Shown piece by piece: positions 1 through 6,817 of a DNA stretch of 32,313 bases (its first letter is position 1; each line of letters opens with the position of its first letter). Made by a program: the position numbers and the translations under genes. The stretch is from positions 1 through 32,313 of the IMG/VR virus record IMGVR_UViG_3300037721_000025. One strand, given 5' to 3'. The DNA comes from a virus (lineage: Duplodnaviria; Caudoviricetes). The notes under the pieces are model-generated. The model saw only the letters and a program-made list of their open reading frames with translations. It was not told the DNA's origin and ran no database searches.

Positions 1-1
1 T

Positions 2-331
2 GATCGCCTCACCGCCGAGAATCAGCAGCTGAAGGCAGGGATACTCGATCGTGAGCGCGCCTGCGGCAACCTGTCGTCGAGGCTCGTCGGAGAAGAGATT
101 GCAAATGAAAGCCTCACTGCTGAGAACCAGCGGCTGCGGGCGGACGGCGAGCGGCTGGATTGGCTTGAGAAAACTTCCAGCTACCAGCATGTGATCGAGA
201 TAACTCACATGCGAGATGACCGGTCCAAGATTTCGGTCGAAGTGGTGTGCCAACTGAAGCGCGAAGTAGAGTTACGTGGGTGGCAGGCAGATCTGCGCTC
301 GGCTATTGATACGGCGAGAGGTGGCAAGTAA
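2..331 (+). CDS. Partial (5' truncated) Ead/Ea22-like phage coiled-coil protein
   Basis: Frame 2 is open to TAA 329-331. It has the repeat LTAENQQL/LTAENQRL and the common phage motifs DGERLDWL and DLRSAIDTA. TAATG overlap with the next gene. Confidence 0.7.
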   Translation, partial: DRLTAENQQLKAGILDRERACGNLSSRLVGEEIANESLTAENQRLRADGERLDWLEKTSSYQHVIEITHMRDDRSKISVEVVCQLKREVELRGWQADLRSAIDTARGGK

Positions 332-687
332 TGCACCTCCGAAAATACTACGCCTCGCATCTACGCGAGATCCCGCTTGATGACGGCACTAAACTCGCCT
401 CGTCTGGCGAGGTTTACTCAATCCCTGAAGTCGACGCCGAAATCGCCCGGCTCAAGGCCGAGGCTGAGATACTTAGAGAAACGGCGAACGTACTTCGGCA
501 CAACAACGCGCTGAACCAAGAGGATCATGAGGCCGAGGCTAAGTTGCTCAAGGCGGCGCTGCGGTGGGCGTGCTCGAAGATCGAGTTCGCTGACGACGGG
601 GAGTTCGGCAAGGTTGAGATACCACCCGAGTTCGCCCCGCTGATCGCCGAGGCGGTGGAGATTCAACAAGAGGAGAAATTGAAGTGA
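331..687 (+). CDS. Hypothetical phage protein (coiled-coil)
   Basis: 118 aa, GAGGTGG SD, coupled to neighbours by TAATG and GTGA overlaps. Confidence 0.75.
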   Translation: MHLRKYYASHLREIPLDDGTKLASSGEVYSIPEVDAEIARLKAEAEILRETANVLRHNNALNQEDHEAEAKLLKAALRWACSKIEFADDGEFGKVEIPPEFAPLIAEAVEIQQEEKLK

Positions 688-908
688 CAAATTTCACCGA
701 GACTCTGCTCTCAGATTACAGGCGCATAACCTCGCCTCACGCAGACAGGCAGCTTCCAATATCGCTGGAGCAATGGGTTGCAGAGCGGCTGCGGAATTCC
801 CTTGACCTTGCGGAAATCAAGGATGTCGAAGATAGGGACGGCTGGATCGAGGACGCAAGGTACTGGGCCGCACTGCTTGGCCGACTCGCTACAGGGAGTC
901 CCTCATGA
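684..908 (+). CDS. Hypothetical phage protein
   Basis: AGGAG SD, GTGA and ATGA overlaps. Confidence 0.75.
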   Translation: MTNFTETLLSDYRRITSPHADRQLPISLEQWVAERLRNSLDLAEIKDVEDRDGWIEDARYWAALLGRLATGSPS

Positions 909-1114
909 CCGCCCCCTTCGCCATCGAGCCCTCGCCGCCGTGCTGCTGCCCCAGCCAGGATGCTCGACGCTGCTACGAGATTCGCTACCCGCCGCCCATC
1001 GATGACCTTGAGCGCGCGGATTACTTCGATCGCCTCCAGGAGGATGGCGACGAGTGTGAGTGCGGGTGCCACGAACCTGACTACGCGGATGAGTATGAGG
1101 ACGAACAGCCATGA
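905..1114 (+). CDS. Small Cys-rich acidic hypothetical protein
   Basis: ATGA coupling at both ends; CCCP...C and CECGCH motifs. Confidence 0.7.
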   Translation: MTAPFAIEPSPPCCCPSQDARRCYEIRYPPPIDDLERADYFDRLQEDGDECECGCHEPDYADEYEDEQP

Positions 1115-1290
1115 ACGAGCCATTCAGTCTTGAGCCCTCGCCGCCGGATCCGCAGCCTTTCCCTGGCCGAGAATTGCCACCGTGCTCCAAGAAGTGGACC
1201 GTCGAGCACCTATCCGGCGTGAAGCTGCGCTACGAGTGCACGCTTGATAGCGGCCACAGCGGAGACTGCAAAGATGAATTCCCGTTCTAA
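1111..1290 (+). CDS. Small hypothetical protein (59 aa, not in ORF track)
   Basis: Translated by hand as MNEPFSLEPSPP...CTLDSGHSGDCKDEFPF*. ATGA overlap; N-terminus resembles that of 905-1114. Confidence 0.7.
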   Translation: MNEPFSLEPSPPDPQPFPGRELPPCSKKWTVEHLSGVKLRYECTLDSGHSGDCKDEFPF

Positions 1291-1318
1291 ATTGTTTGCG
1301 TGCACGAAGGGGTGAGAG

Positions 1319-1549
1319 ATGACTGACCGCACCGAGCTGGAGTCTGAAGCCTTGGCAATCTTCCGCGAGATCGGCGACCTCGACGCGCGCGTTTGCAAGC
1401 TTCTCCGCGTCTCAATCGACACGCGCGATGCGGATCACGACGAGCGCGTTTATCTCAACAAGACCGGTGACGCCCTTATGGCTGCGCAGGCGGCTATCGA
1501 GGTGCTAATGCACCCGGATGATTCGCCGAACGAGAGGGATATGGCATGA
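1319..1549 (+). CDS. Hypothetical phage protein
   Basis: AAGGGGTGA SD-like site upstream, ATGA overlap downstream. Confidence 0.7.
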   Translation: MTDRTELESEALAIFREIGDLDARVCKLLRVSIDTRDADHDERVYLNKTGDALMAAQAAIEVLMHPDDSPNERDMA

Positions 1550-1737
1550 ACAAGCTTGGCTGCAGCCCCAAAGAAGATGTCTGTATGGAGCATCACAGGC
1601 CACTGGAGTGCCGCCATGGATGCTCGGAGTGTAAGCGGCATCGCTGCGGCGGATGGGGATCGCTGAAAGAAGCTGATCGCGATGGGGTTTGCATGCGCGG
1701 GAAAGAGGAGCCTGTGTTGGTGAGGGAGGGGTTGTGA
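1546..1737 (+). CDS. Cys/His-rich hypothetical protein (possible Zn-binding)
   Basis: Seven Cys residues, coupled overlaps at both ends. Confidence 0.65.
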   Translation: MNKLGCSPKEDVCMEHHRPLECRHGCSECKRHRCGGWGSLKEADRDGVCMRGKEEPVLVREGL

Positions 1738-1931
1738 GCGAAACCGAACTGCAACGCCTGCTCGGCTGGATCTACCACCGCTCGCGCAATGGACTGTTCT
1801 CCATGCGACGTAGCGAGCGTGACAAGGCGCTGAGCGACATCAACCACCAGTGCGGCAAGTTCCATGCGTGCTGGGATGGGGCGGCGGCGAAGTCGGATCC
1901 GAATCACGAATGGATGGGGGAGAAGCCGTGA
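1734..1931 (+). CDS. Hypothetical protein
   Basis: GTG 1734 overlaps TGA 1735-1737, GAGGGAGG SD; reads MSETELQRLLGW... Confidence 0.65.
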   Translation: MSETELQRLLGWIYHRSRNGLFSMRRSERDKALSDINHQCGKFHACWDGAAAKSDPNHEWMGEKP

Positions 1932-2167
1932 ATATCTACACCCAGCACTTCACCGCGAAGTGCGCGAGCAACAACCGCCTGGTGTCCTACGCGCTCACGA
2001 TCGAGTCGCATGTGACGATCATGGTCGAAGATATCCAGGCCGAGTGCGATAAGCTCCAGAGCGGCTATCACGAGCAGTTCGCTGACGATCTGTTCGCGCG
2101 CTTCGGTGGGCGGCAGACTATCAGCGCGCACCGCCACGGCACTGACATTACGACGATTCGGCCATGA
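1928..2167 (+). CDS. Miniature QueF-like (QueF-L, T-fold) protein, 79 aa
   Basis: The pattern FTAKC...Y-L-IE...I-VE-I...YHEQFADDL...G-DI follows the QueF/QueF-L T-fold, with Cys12, Glu34 and His48-Glu49. Coupled (ATGA) to a TGT-like gene. Confidence 0.65.
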   Translation: MNIYTQHFTAKCASNNRLVSYALTIESHVTIMVEDIQAECDKLQSGYHEQFADDLFARFGGRQTISAHRHGTDITTIRP

Positions 2168-2907
2168 TGTGTTTTCACGGCACGCCGTTTACCCCGCGCG
2201 ATCAAATGGTGGCGTGCTTCGCGAAACGCTGCGCCATGGTGAGTTTCTCTGACCCTCGCGACATCGAGGTGGTCAGTGAAATTTGCCAAGCTGTTGCGCT
2301 CGACAACGGCGCGTTTCACGCATGGACCAACAAACGAAAATACGACTTCGATGGCTATCTGCAATGGGCTCGGCACTGGGTCAGACATCCGTCAGTGGCG
2401 TGGTGCGTGATCTGGGACGTGATCGATGGCACCGAGGCTGAAAACGATGCGCTGTTGGAATCATGGCCGTTGCCGGTTGGCGTCTCGGTACCTGTCTACC
2501 ACCTGCACGAGTCTCTGGACCGACTGGAGCGGCTCATTGCTGTCTATCCACGAATCATGCTCGGTAGTTCAGGGCAGTACAAAGATATTGGAAAACCCCT
2601 TTGGTGGCAGCGTATTGCCGAGGTAATGGATGTCGTTTGCGACGATGACGGCATGCCCCGTGTCAAGCTGCATGGCGCACGGATGTTGGACCCTGACATC
2701 TACTCTCACCTTCCGCTGTCCTCTGGTGACTCGACAAACGCAGCGCGCAATGCCGGGTATGACGTGGCGTGGAACGGCCCCTATGCACCACCAGACCGAG
2801 CGTCCAGGGCAATGATCCTGATGAACCGAATCGAGTCGCACGCTTCAGCGCGGCGCTGGTGCCGCAGTGGCGGCGGTATTCAAAGAAATATGGAGTTACT
2901 CGGATGA
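2164..2907 (+). CDS. TGT-fold DpdA-like 7-deazaguanine DNA transglycosylase (queuine tRNA-ribosyltransferase-like)
   Basis: Motifs LDNGAF (DSGGF-like), DVIDG, VPVYH, KLHG and SGDST (catalytic Asp-like) occur in TGT order. No Zn-binding CxCxxC. Confidence 0.8.
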   Translation: MMCFHGTPFTPRDQMVACFAKRCAMVSFSDPRDIEVVSEICQAVALDNGAFHAWTNKRKYDFDGYLQWARHWVRHPSVAWCVIWDVIDGTEAENDALLESWPLPVGVSVPVYHLHESLDRLERLIAVYPRIMLGSSGQYKDIGKPLWWQRIAEVMDVVCDDDGMPRVKLHGARMLDPDIYSHLPLSSGDSTNAARNAGYDVAWNGPYAPPDRASRAMILMNRIESHASARRWCRSGGGIQRNMELLG

Positions 2908-3512
2908 GCGATATCAATCAAACGTTGACCGAGAAACAGGCGTTGTACGGCGATTTCTCGAAGGCCGCCGGCATCAGTCAGGACATCAAAATAATCATGA
3001 GCCAGTCCTCACGATGGATGGACCTGAATCCCGGGCAGCGAGAGTCCTTGGAGATGATCGCCAACAGGATTGGCCAAATATTGAGCGGTGGGGCCAGCTG
3101 GCTCCTGAACGAGACAGCCAAAATAGCTGCCGTGGAGCTGGCGAGATTACGCCGAGAGGCAGAAGACAATGCCAGCGTGGCAGTGATCCTGCGTGCCGAA
3201 AACGATCGGCTGCGGGCCCTCATCAACAACCCGCACACCGATGACTTCCTGGCTGCGGTGAGGCTCGAAGCGGCGCACCAGCAGGAGCGATGGGGCAGCG
3301 AGCACGACGCCGGCAAGACGGACGCAGACTGGTTCTGGCTGGTCGGCTACCTCGCCGGCAAGGCAATCACCAAGCCCGAGAAGCAGCTGCACCACATCAT
3401 CACGACTGCGGCCGCGCTGCTCAACTGGCATGCTCACAAGACCGGGGCCAGCACCGGTATGCGCCCTGGAATTCTTCCACCTGATGAGCCCGGCGCCGGG
3501 GGCCGGCCATGA
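2904..3512 (+). CDS. Chimeric protein: DUF6378-like N-terminus, coiled coil, and MazG-like all-alpha C-terminal domain
   Basis: ATG 2904 overlaps the upstream stop. N-terminal motif TLTEKQALYGDF...QRESLEMIANRIGQILSG; C-terminal motif EAAHQQERWG-EHD...W...HHIITTAAALLNW. Confidence 0.65.
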   Translation: MSDINQTLTEKQALYGDFSKAAGISQDIKIIMSQSSRWMDLNPGQRESLEMIANRIGQILSGGASWLLNETAKIAAVELARLRREAEDNASVAVILRAENDRLRALINNPHTDDFLAAVRLEAAHQQERWGSEHDAGKTDADWFWLVGYLAGKAITKPEKQLHHIITTAAALLNWHAHKTGASTGMRPGILPPDEPGAGGRP

Positions 3513-3817
3513 GCGTCCGACGCCGAATCATCGCCGAACGACTCGCCCGTGACGAGCGACTGAAAGCCGGTGGCGAGGCATTCGACCGCGGGCTGCGCGA
3601 GGGCATTGCAGCTGTGCGGCGCATTGCCGAGGAGCGGGCGGGCAGCGAAGGAAAATGCAACGCCTGCGCAGGATCCGGCGTCACCAGGGTGTGCTGCGGC
3701 AGCTTCGAATCGACTGACCACGGAATTCTCGGCCAAGAAATTCACTGCTGCGGCTACCCAGAGCAAGACCACTGTGATGCATGTGACGGGCTAGGTTTCT
3801 CGGGGAGGCGGGCATGA
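3509..3817 (+). CDS. Hypothetical protein with DnaJ-type CxxCxGxG zinc-finger repeats
   Basis: CNACAGSG and CDACDGLG motifs plus two CCG motifs. Confidence 0.75.
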   Translation: MSVRRRIIAERLARDERLKAGGEAFDRGLREGIAAVRRIAEERAGSEGKCNACAGSGVTRVCCGSFESTDHGILGQEIHCCGYPEQDHCDACDGLGFSGRRA

Positions 3818-4074
3818 GCGACATCCGTCCATGGCCGAACCCGACTGGCCGTCCAGTCGACCCGCCCAAGCCAATCATCCGCCCCTGCGACTATGGCCTG
3901 ATACTCACGGTCGACAGCCTCGAGGCCCAGGTCGGCACCATCGAGGCGTACAACCGCTTGGTTGCGGCCGCGCTGAAACTGAAGTCGAAAATCGATGCCG
4001 GCAAGGCCAAGCCGCAGAATCCGATCTTTGCTGTCAGTCCGCGTGGCGAGTCCAGCGCCGGGAGCCGGCCATGA
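3814..4074 (+). CDS. Hypothetical phage protein
   Basis: GGAGG SD, ATGA overlaps. Confidence 0.7.
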   Translation: MSDIRPWPNPTGRPVDPPKPIIRPCDYGLILTVDSLEAQVGTIEAYNRLVAAALKLKSKIDAGKAKPQNPIFAVSPRGESSAGSRP

Positions 4075-4292
4075 CCACCCCCACCACCAGTGGCCAGCGG
4101 GTGGCCAGAAAGCTCGGCCGCTTCGTGACCTACCACCCCGCGGGTGACGCCATGACCGAAAAGCCAGTCGCCTACCTCGTCGAGTTCGAGGACGGCTCTC
4201 GCGAGCTGCACTTCGCTGAGCATGGCGTGCCGGCATGCGGCGAGACCGTGACGCCGCTGTATGCGGTGCTGGCACCGCGGGTGGCGCCGTGA
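4071..4292 (+). CDS. Hypothetical phage protein (PVAY...TPLY motif); alternative start at 4152
   Basis: ATGA overlap at 4071. KPVAY...VTPLYA is a common phage accessory motif. Confidence 0.65.
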   Translation: MTTPTTSGQRVARKLGRFVTYHPAGDAMTEKPVAYLVEFEDGSRELHFAEHGVPACGETVTPLYAVLAPRVAP

Positions 4293-4498
4293 ACCTCAAG
4301 CCCTGCCCCTTCTGCGGTGGCACCAACACCGTGACGCGAGAGTCCCATCACTGGACCGGCATGCGCAGCGTCGTCCTATCGGTCAGCGTCGATCATCATT
4401 GCGAGCGAATCGATGGGCAGCCCCGATCGCTGCTGCAGGTCAAGGGCAAGACGATGGAGGATGCTGTGGCGAGGTGGAATGAGCGGGTGGCGCCGTGA
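4289..4498 (+). CDS. Lar-family restriction alleviation protein
   Basis: LKPCPFCGG...A-ARWN-R signature; GTG 4289 overlaps the upstream TGA. Confidence 0.85.
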   Translation: MNLKPCPFCGGTNTVTRESHHWTGMRSVVLSVSVDHHCERIDGQPRSLLQVKGKTMEDAVARWNERVAP

Positions 4499-4695
4499 GC
4501 CCGACAATGCAAAAGGCCGAGATCTACCGCGAGTTCGGCTGGCGCAGAAACAGGCGCATGCCCAGCGGCGTGATCATGCATCAGTCGCCGCGCTTCGGCC
4601 CGCACGAGGGCCGCTACACGCCGCTGCTCGCCTTCCAGTGCCGGTACAAGGGCGGCATCCTGTGGGCCATGCCAACGCAGCGGTGGGCGCCGTGA
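4495..4695 (+). CDS. Basic hypothetical protein
   Basis: GTGA coupling at both ends. Confidence 0.6.
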   Translation: MSPTMQKAEIYREFGWRRNRRMPSGVIMHQSPRFGPHEGRYTPLLAFQCRYKGGILWAMPTQRWAP

Positions 4696-4988
4696 GCTGG
4701 CAGCCGATTGAGAGCGCGCCACTCGACAAGAGTTTGCTGCTGTGGTGGCAGCCGATACAGCCAAATGTACACGCAGAGGGATGCGTCATAGGTCAGGTCT
4801 CCAGTCACGAGCCTGGGAACTGGTACAACCCTCAGACCGGGCAGTTCCAAGATCTATGGCATATCAGGTATTGGCAGCCGCTACCCGCCCCTCCCTCCTC
4901 CCAGCGCCTCGCGCGCCGGGAGCAGGATGCGGGTCGTGACGGGCGGCAGGTCATGCGGGCGGTGCAGTGGGCAGCCGCTCATACCTGA
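4692..4988 (+). CDS. DUF551-like phage protein
   Basis: WQPIESAP...YWQPLPAPP signature; GTG 4692. Confidence 0.8.
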   Translation: MSWQPIESAPLDKSLLLWWQPIQPNVHAEGCVIGQVSSHEPGNWYNPQTGQFQDLWHIRYWQPLPAPPSSQRLARREQDAGRDGRQVMRAVQWAAAHT

Positions 4989-5490
4989 TGACTCGGCGAA
5001 GCCCCAGCGGCTCCAGGATCGATTCCCCAGGCTCCTTGCGGCCCAGCAGCACGTCGCTCAGGTAAGACTGGGACACGCCCAGCTCGGCCGCTACAGATAG
5101 TTGAGAGCCAGCCTTATCGATCATTCCCCGAAGAATCAAGACAGGATCTATGCCCTCCCCCGAGAATGAGTGCCGCTTGCGACTCTCTTTCTCAACGGCG
5201 GCGGCAGCGCTGACTGCCTCCTTGGCAAATTCCACAACCGCGTCTATCTGTTCTTGTCGCAGAAGGAACCACTCTCCATGCATTCTATGATCCGATAGCC
5301 TGATGTGGCACTGCCTCTCAGCCGTGCTCGCCTTGCTTCTGCTATCGCACTCGACGCATGCGATTATGCGGAGAGAAACCGGCGACCCGCATTGCAACTC
5401 CTTGAGTCGCTTTACCGGATCTGCGGATTTGCCAATCTTAACCTGCAGTTCTTTCCCATGAATCTGCCCGGCTATCATGTAGATCTTCAT
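4951..5490 (-). CDS. GIY-YIG (T5orf172/MUG113-like) domain fused to a Cro/XRE-type HTH
   Basis: IYMI...VKIGKS-DP-KRL-ELQ-GSP...E...H......HGEWF, then GSQLSVAAELGVSQSYLSDVLLGRKEPG. ATG 5490 preferred over GTG 5508. Confidence 0.85.
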   Translation of the reverse strand: MKIYMIAGQIHGKELQVKIGKSADPVKRLKELQCGSPVSLRIIACVECDSRSKASTAERQCHIRLSDHRMHGEWFLLRQEQIDAVVEFAKEAVSAAAAVEKESRKRHSFSGEGIDPVLILRGMIDKAGSQLSVAAELGVSQSYLSDVLLGRKEPGESILEPLGLRRVIRYERLPTAPPA

Positions 5491-5544
5491 CACATAAGTG
5501 TGCCACACAATAATCCATATTGCGAATATTAATACTCAGAGCGC

Positions 5545-5572
5545 TTGACGGATTCGCAGATTGGCGTATAGT
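5545..5572 (+). promoter_or_regulatory. Sigma70-like promoter
   Basis: TTGACG-N16-TATAGT in an AT-rich divergent intergenic region upstream of 5620. Confidence 0.65.
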
Positions 5573-5619
5573 GCACCCATCGGTCAGCAATCACGCGGAC
5601 CGGGAAACGGGAGAGCAGC

Positions 5620-5919
5620 ATGGACATCATCAGCAAGCAGATCGCGGATCAACTCATCGCCGACGGCAGCGCACGTGCCGAGGGGCTCGTGGTCCATCAG
5701 CGTGGCAACGGCGGTGTGGCCACATACATGGCCGTGACCCGATTCGACACGCAGACCACTACGCACTACAAGGTCGGCGACGGCGAGATGCGGGCGCCCG
5801 AGGGCGCGGTCGCTTACAAGTACGCTGACCCGACCGAGGGTGCTCGCTGGGTGTACGAGCAGGAGGATCTTGCTGAGATTCGTAGCGCCGACCCGAGCCT
5901 CATCGTCGAGCTGCCCTGA
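5620..5919 (+). CDS. Hypothetical early protein
   Basis: GGGAG SD, downstream of the promoter. Confidence 0.8.
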   Translation: MDIISKQIADQLIADGSARAEGLVVHQRGNGGVATYMAVTRFDTQTTTHYKVGDGEMRAPEGAVAYKYADPTEGARWVYEQEDLAEIRSADPSLIVELP

Positions 5920-5921
5920 AT

Positions 5922-6064
5922 TCTCCCGCCGCCCGTCGGCAATACGGGCCTCTCGAATGCCCTGGCGAGCCCAAGAGGCTCAGCGGTCCACACAAGTCCA
6001 CCCGATAACGGAGGGCTGCGCGGCCAGGGCATCCGAGAGATCGAGCAACAACGCAACCGGGAGA
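5922..6064 (+). other. Structured intergenic RNA element (multi-stem)
   Basis: Arms 5950-5966 and 6023-6039 are complementary at 16/17 positions. Hairpins at 5931-5949 and 5967-5981; outer pair 5922-5928/6058-6064. Confidence 0.6.
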
Positions 6065-6070
6065 GATGAG

Positions 6071-6235
6071 ATGGAAATCGAAGTAGGCAGCACGGTGACA
6101 TTTGACGCAGATGGCGCGCTACTCAGTGGCACCGTGGTTGAGCTCGATGGCGATCGGGCAAAGGTGGCCTTCGCGGGATCCGCCGAGTGGATCGCGATGG
6201 CCGACCTCACGGAAGGCGATTGCAGCGAGAGCTGA
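6071..6235 (+). CDS. Small SH3/KOW-like protein (54 aa)
   Basis: MEIEVGSTVTF...GTVVELDGDRAKV-F...W pattern; GGGAG SD. Confidence 0.7.
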   Translation: MEIEVGSTVTFDADGALLSGTVVELDGDRAKVAFAGSAEWIAMADLTEGDCSES

Positions 6236-6326
6236 TCGCGGGCTGAGGATCCCCGGCGCTCGGCAACCGGGCTAGCGCCAAACTGAAACGAACTGTGCGC
6301 CGTGGGTGGCGCGGGAGCAAAAGCAA

Positions 6327-6515
6327 ATGACAATCCTCGAATCCATGGCCGCCCAAGGCGCGCCCTACATCATCGTCCATGCTCGTGACGCCCGCGGCAT
6401 CCAGGAGCAAGTCGAAGCCGTTATGGCGATCGGAAAGCATGTGCCGCTGGGCGGGGTGAGCGTGGTGATGACGCCCGAGGGGCTGCTGTACACGCAGGCG
6501 ATGGTGCTGAAATGA
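6327..6515 (+). CDS. DUF1737-like protein
   Basis: Y-IV...V...G--P-GG-S......Y-QAM pattern; GGGAG SD. Confidence 0.65.
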   Translation: MTILESMAAQGAPYIIVHARDARGIQEQVEAVMAIGKHVPLGGVSVVMTPEGLLYTQAMVLK

Positions 6516-6748
6516 CCCTCCCCGAAATCATCGCCGCGTGGCAGCAGGAGGCACGGGTGGCCGATCAGTCTGGTCGGTCGGATGGCTATCCTCGGATCTG
6601 CGAGCAGACGGTGGAGGCGCTACGGGAGCTGCAGCAGTTGCGCGCCGCCAACCACCAGAAGCAGCCCGACAGCGTGATTACAGGTCAAGCTCAACAAGAG
6701 TGGTGCCGCACCGGTCGCTGGCCGATACCGCCGCCCTCTGCAGGCTAG
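6512..6748 (+). CDS. Hypothetical protein
   Basis: ATGA coupling; last gene of the plus-strand block. Confidence 0.65.
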   Translation: MTLPEIIAAWQQEARVADQSGRSDGYPRICEQTVEALRELQQLRAANHQKQPDSVITGQAQQEWCRTGRWPIPPPSAG

Positions 6749-6817
6749 CGGTACCGGCCGGTAGCTCAGATCGACGTCGGCAACAGCCGCTCGAGCGCCA
6801 CGATACGTGCCTGCAGG

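Larger units (their letters stand above)
4138..4695 (+). repeat. Four copies of an ~18 nt gene-junction repeat (consensus ccGCGGGTGGCGCCGTGA)
   Basis: Copies at 4138-4155, 4275-4292, 4481-4498 and 4678-4695, each ending in a start codon. Three are GTGA stop/start overlaps. Confidence 0.85.

Noticed and set aside
4138-4695. Possible CRISPR array or integron attC array
   Set aside because: The repeats are short and degenerate, the spacers are 120-190 nt coding genes, and there is no attC inverted-core structure and no cas or intI gene.
5984-6015. CGGTCC..CAAG..CC..GATAA..GGAGGG loosely resembling a twister ribozyme
   Set aside because: There is no properly placed upstream UAA cleavage loop and the pseudoknot pairings could not be assigned. 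Kept only as a generic structured RNA.
6243-6289. CTGAGGA...GAAAC resembling a hammerhead ribozyme core
   Set aside because: Stem II does not close adjacent to the core (T opposite T), and I could not build stems I and III with an NUH site.
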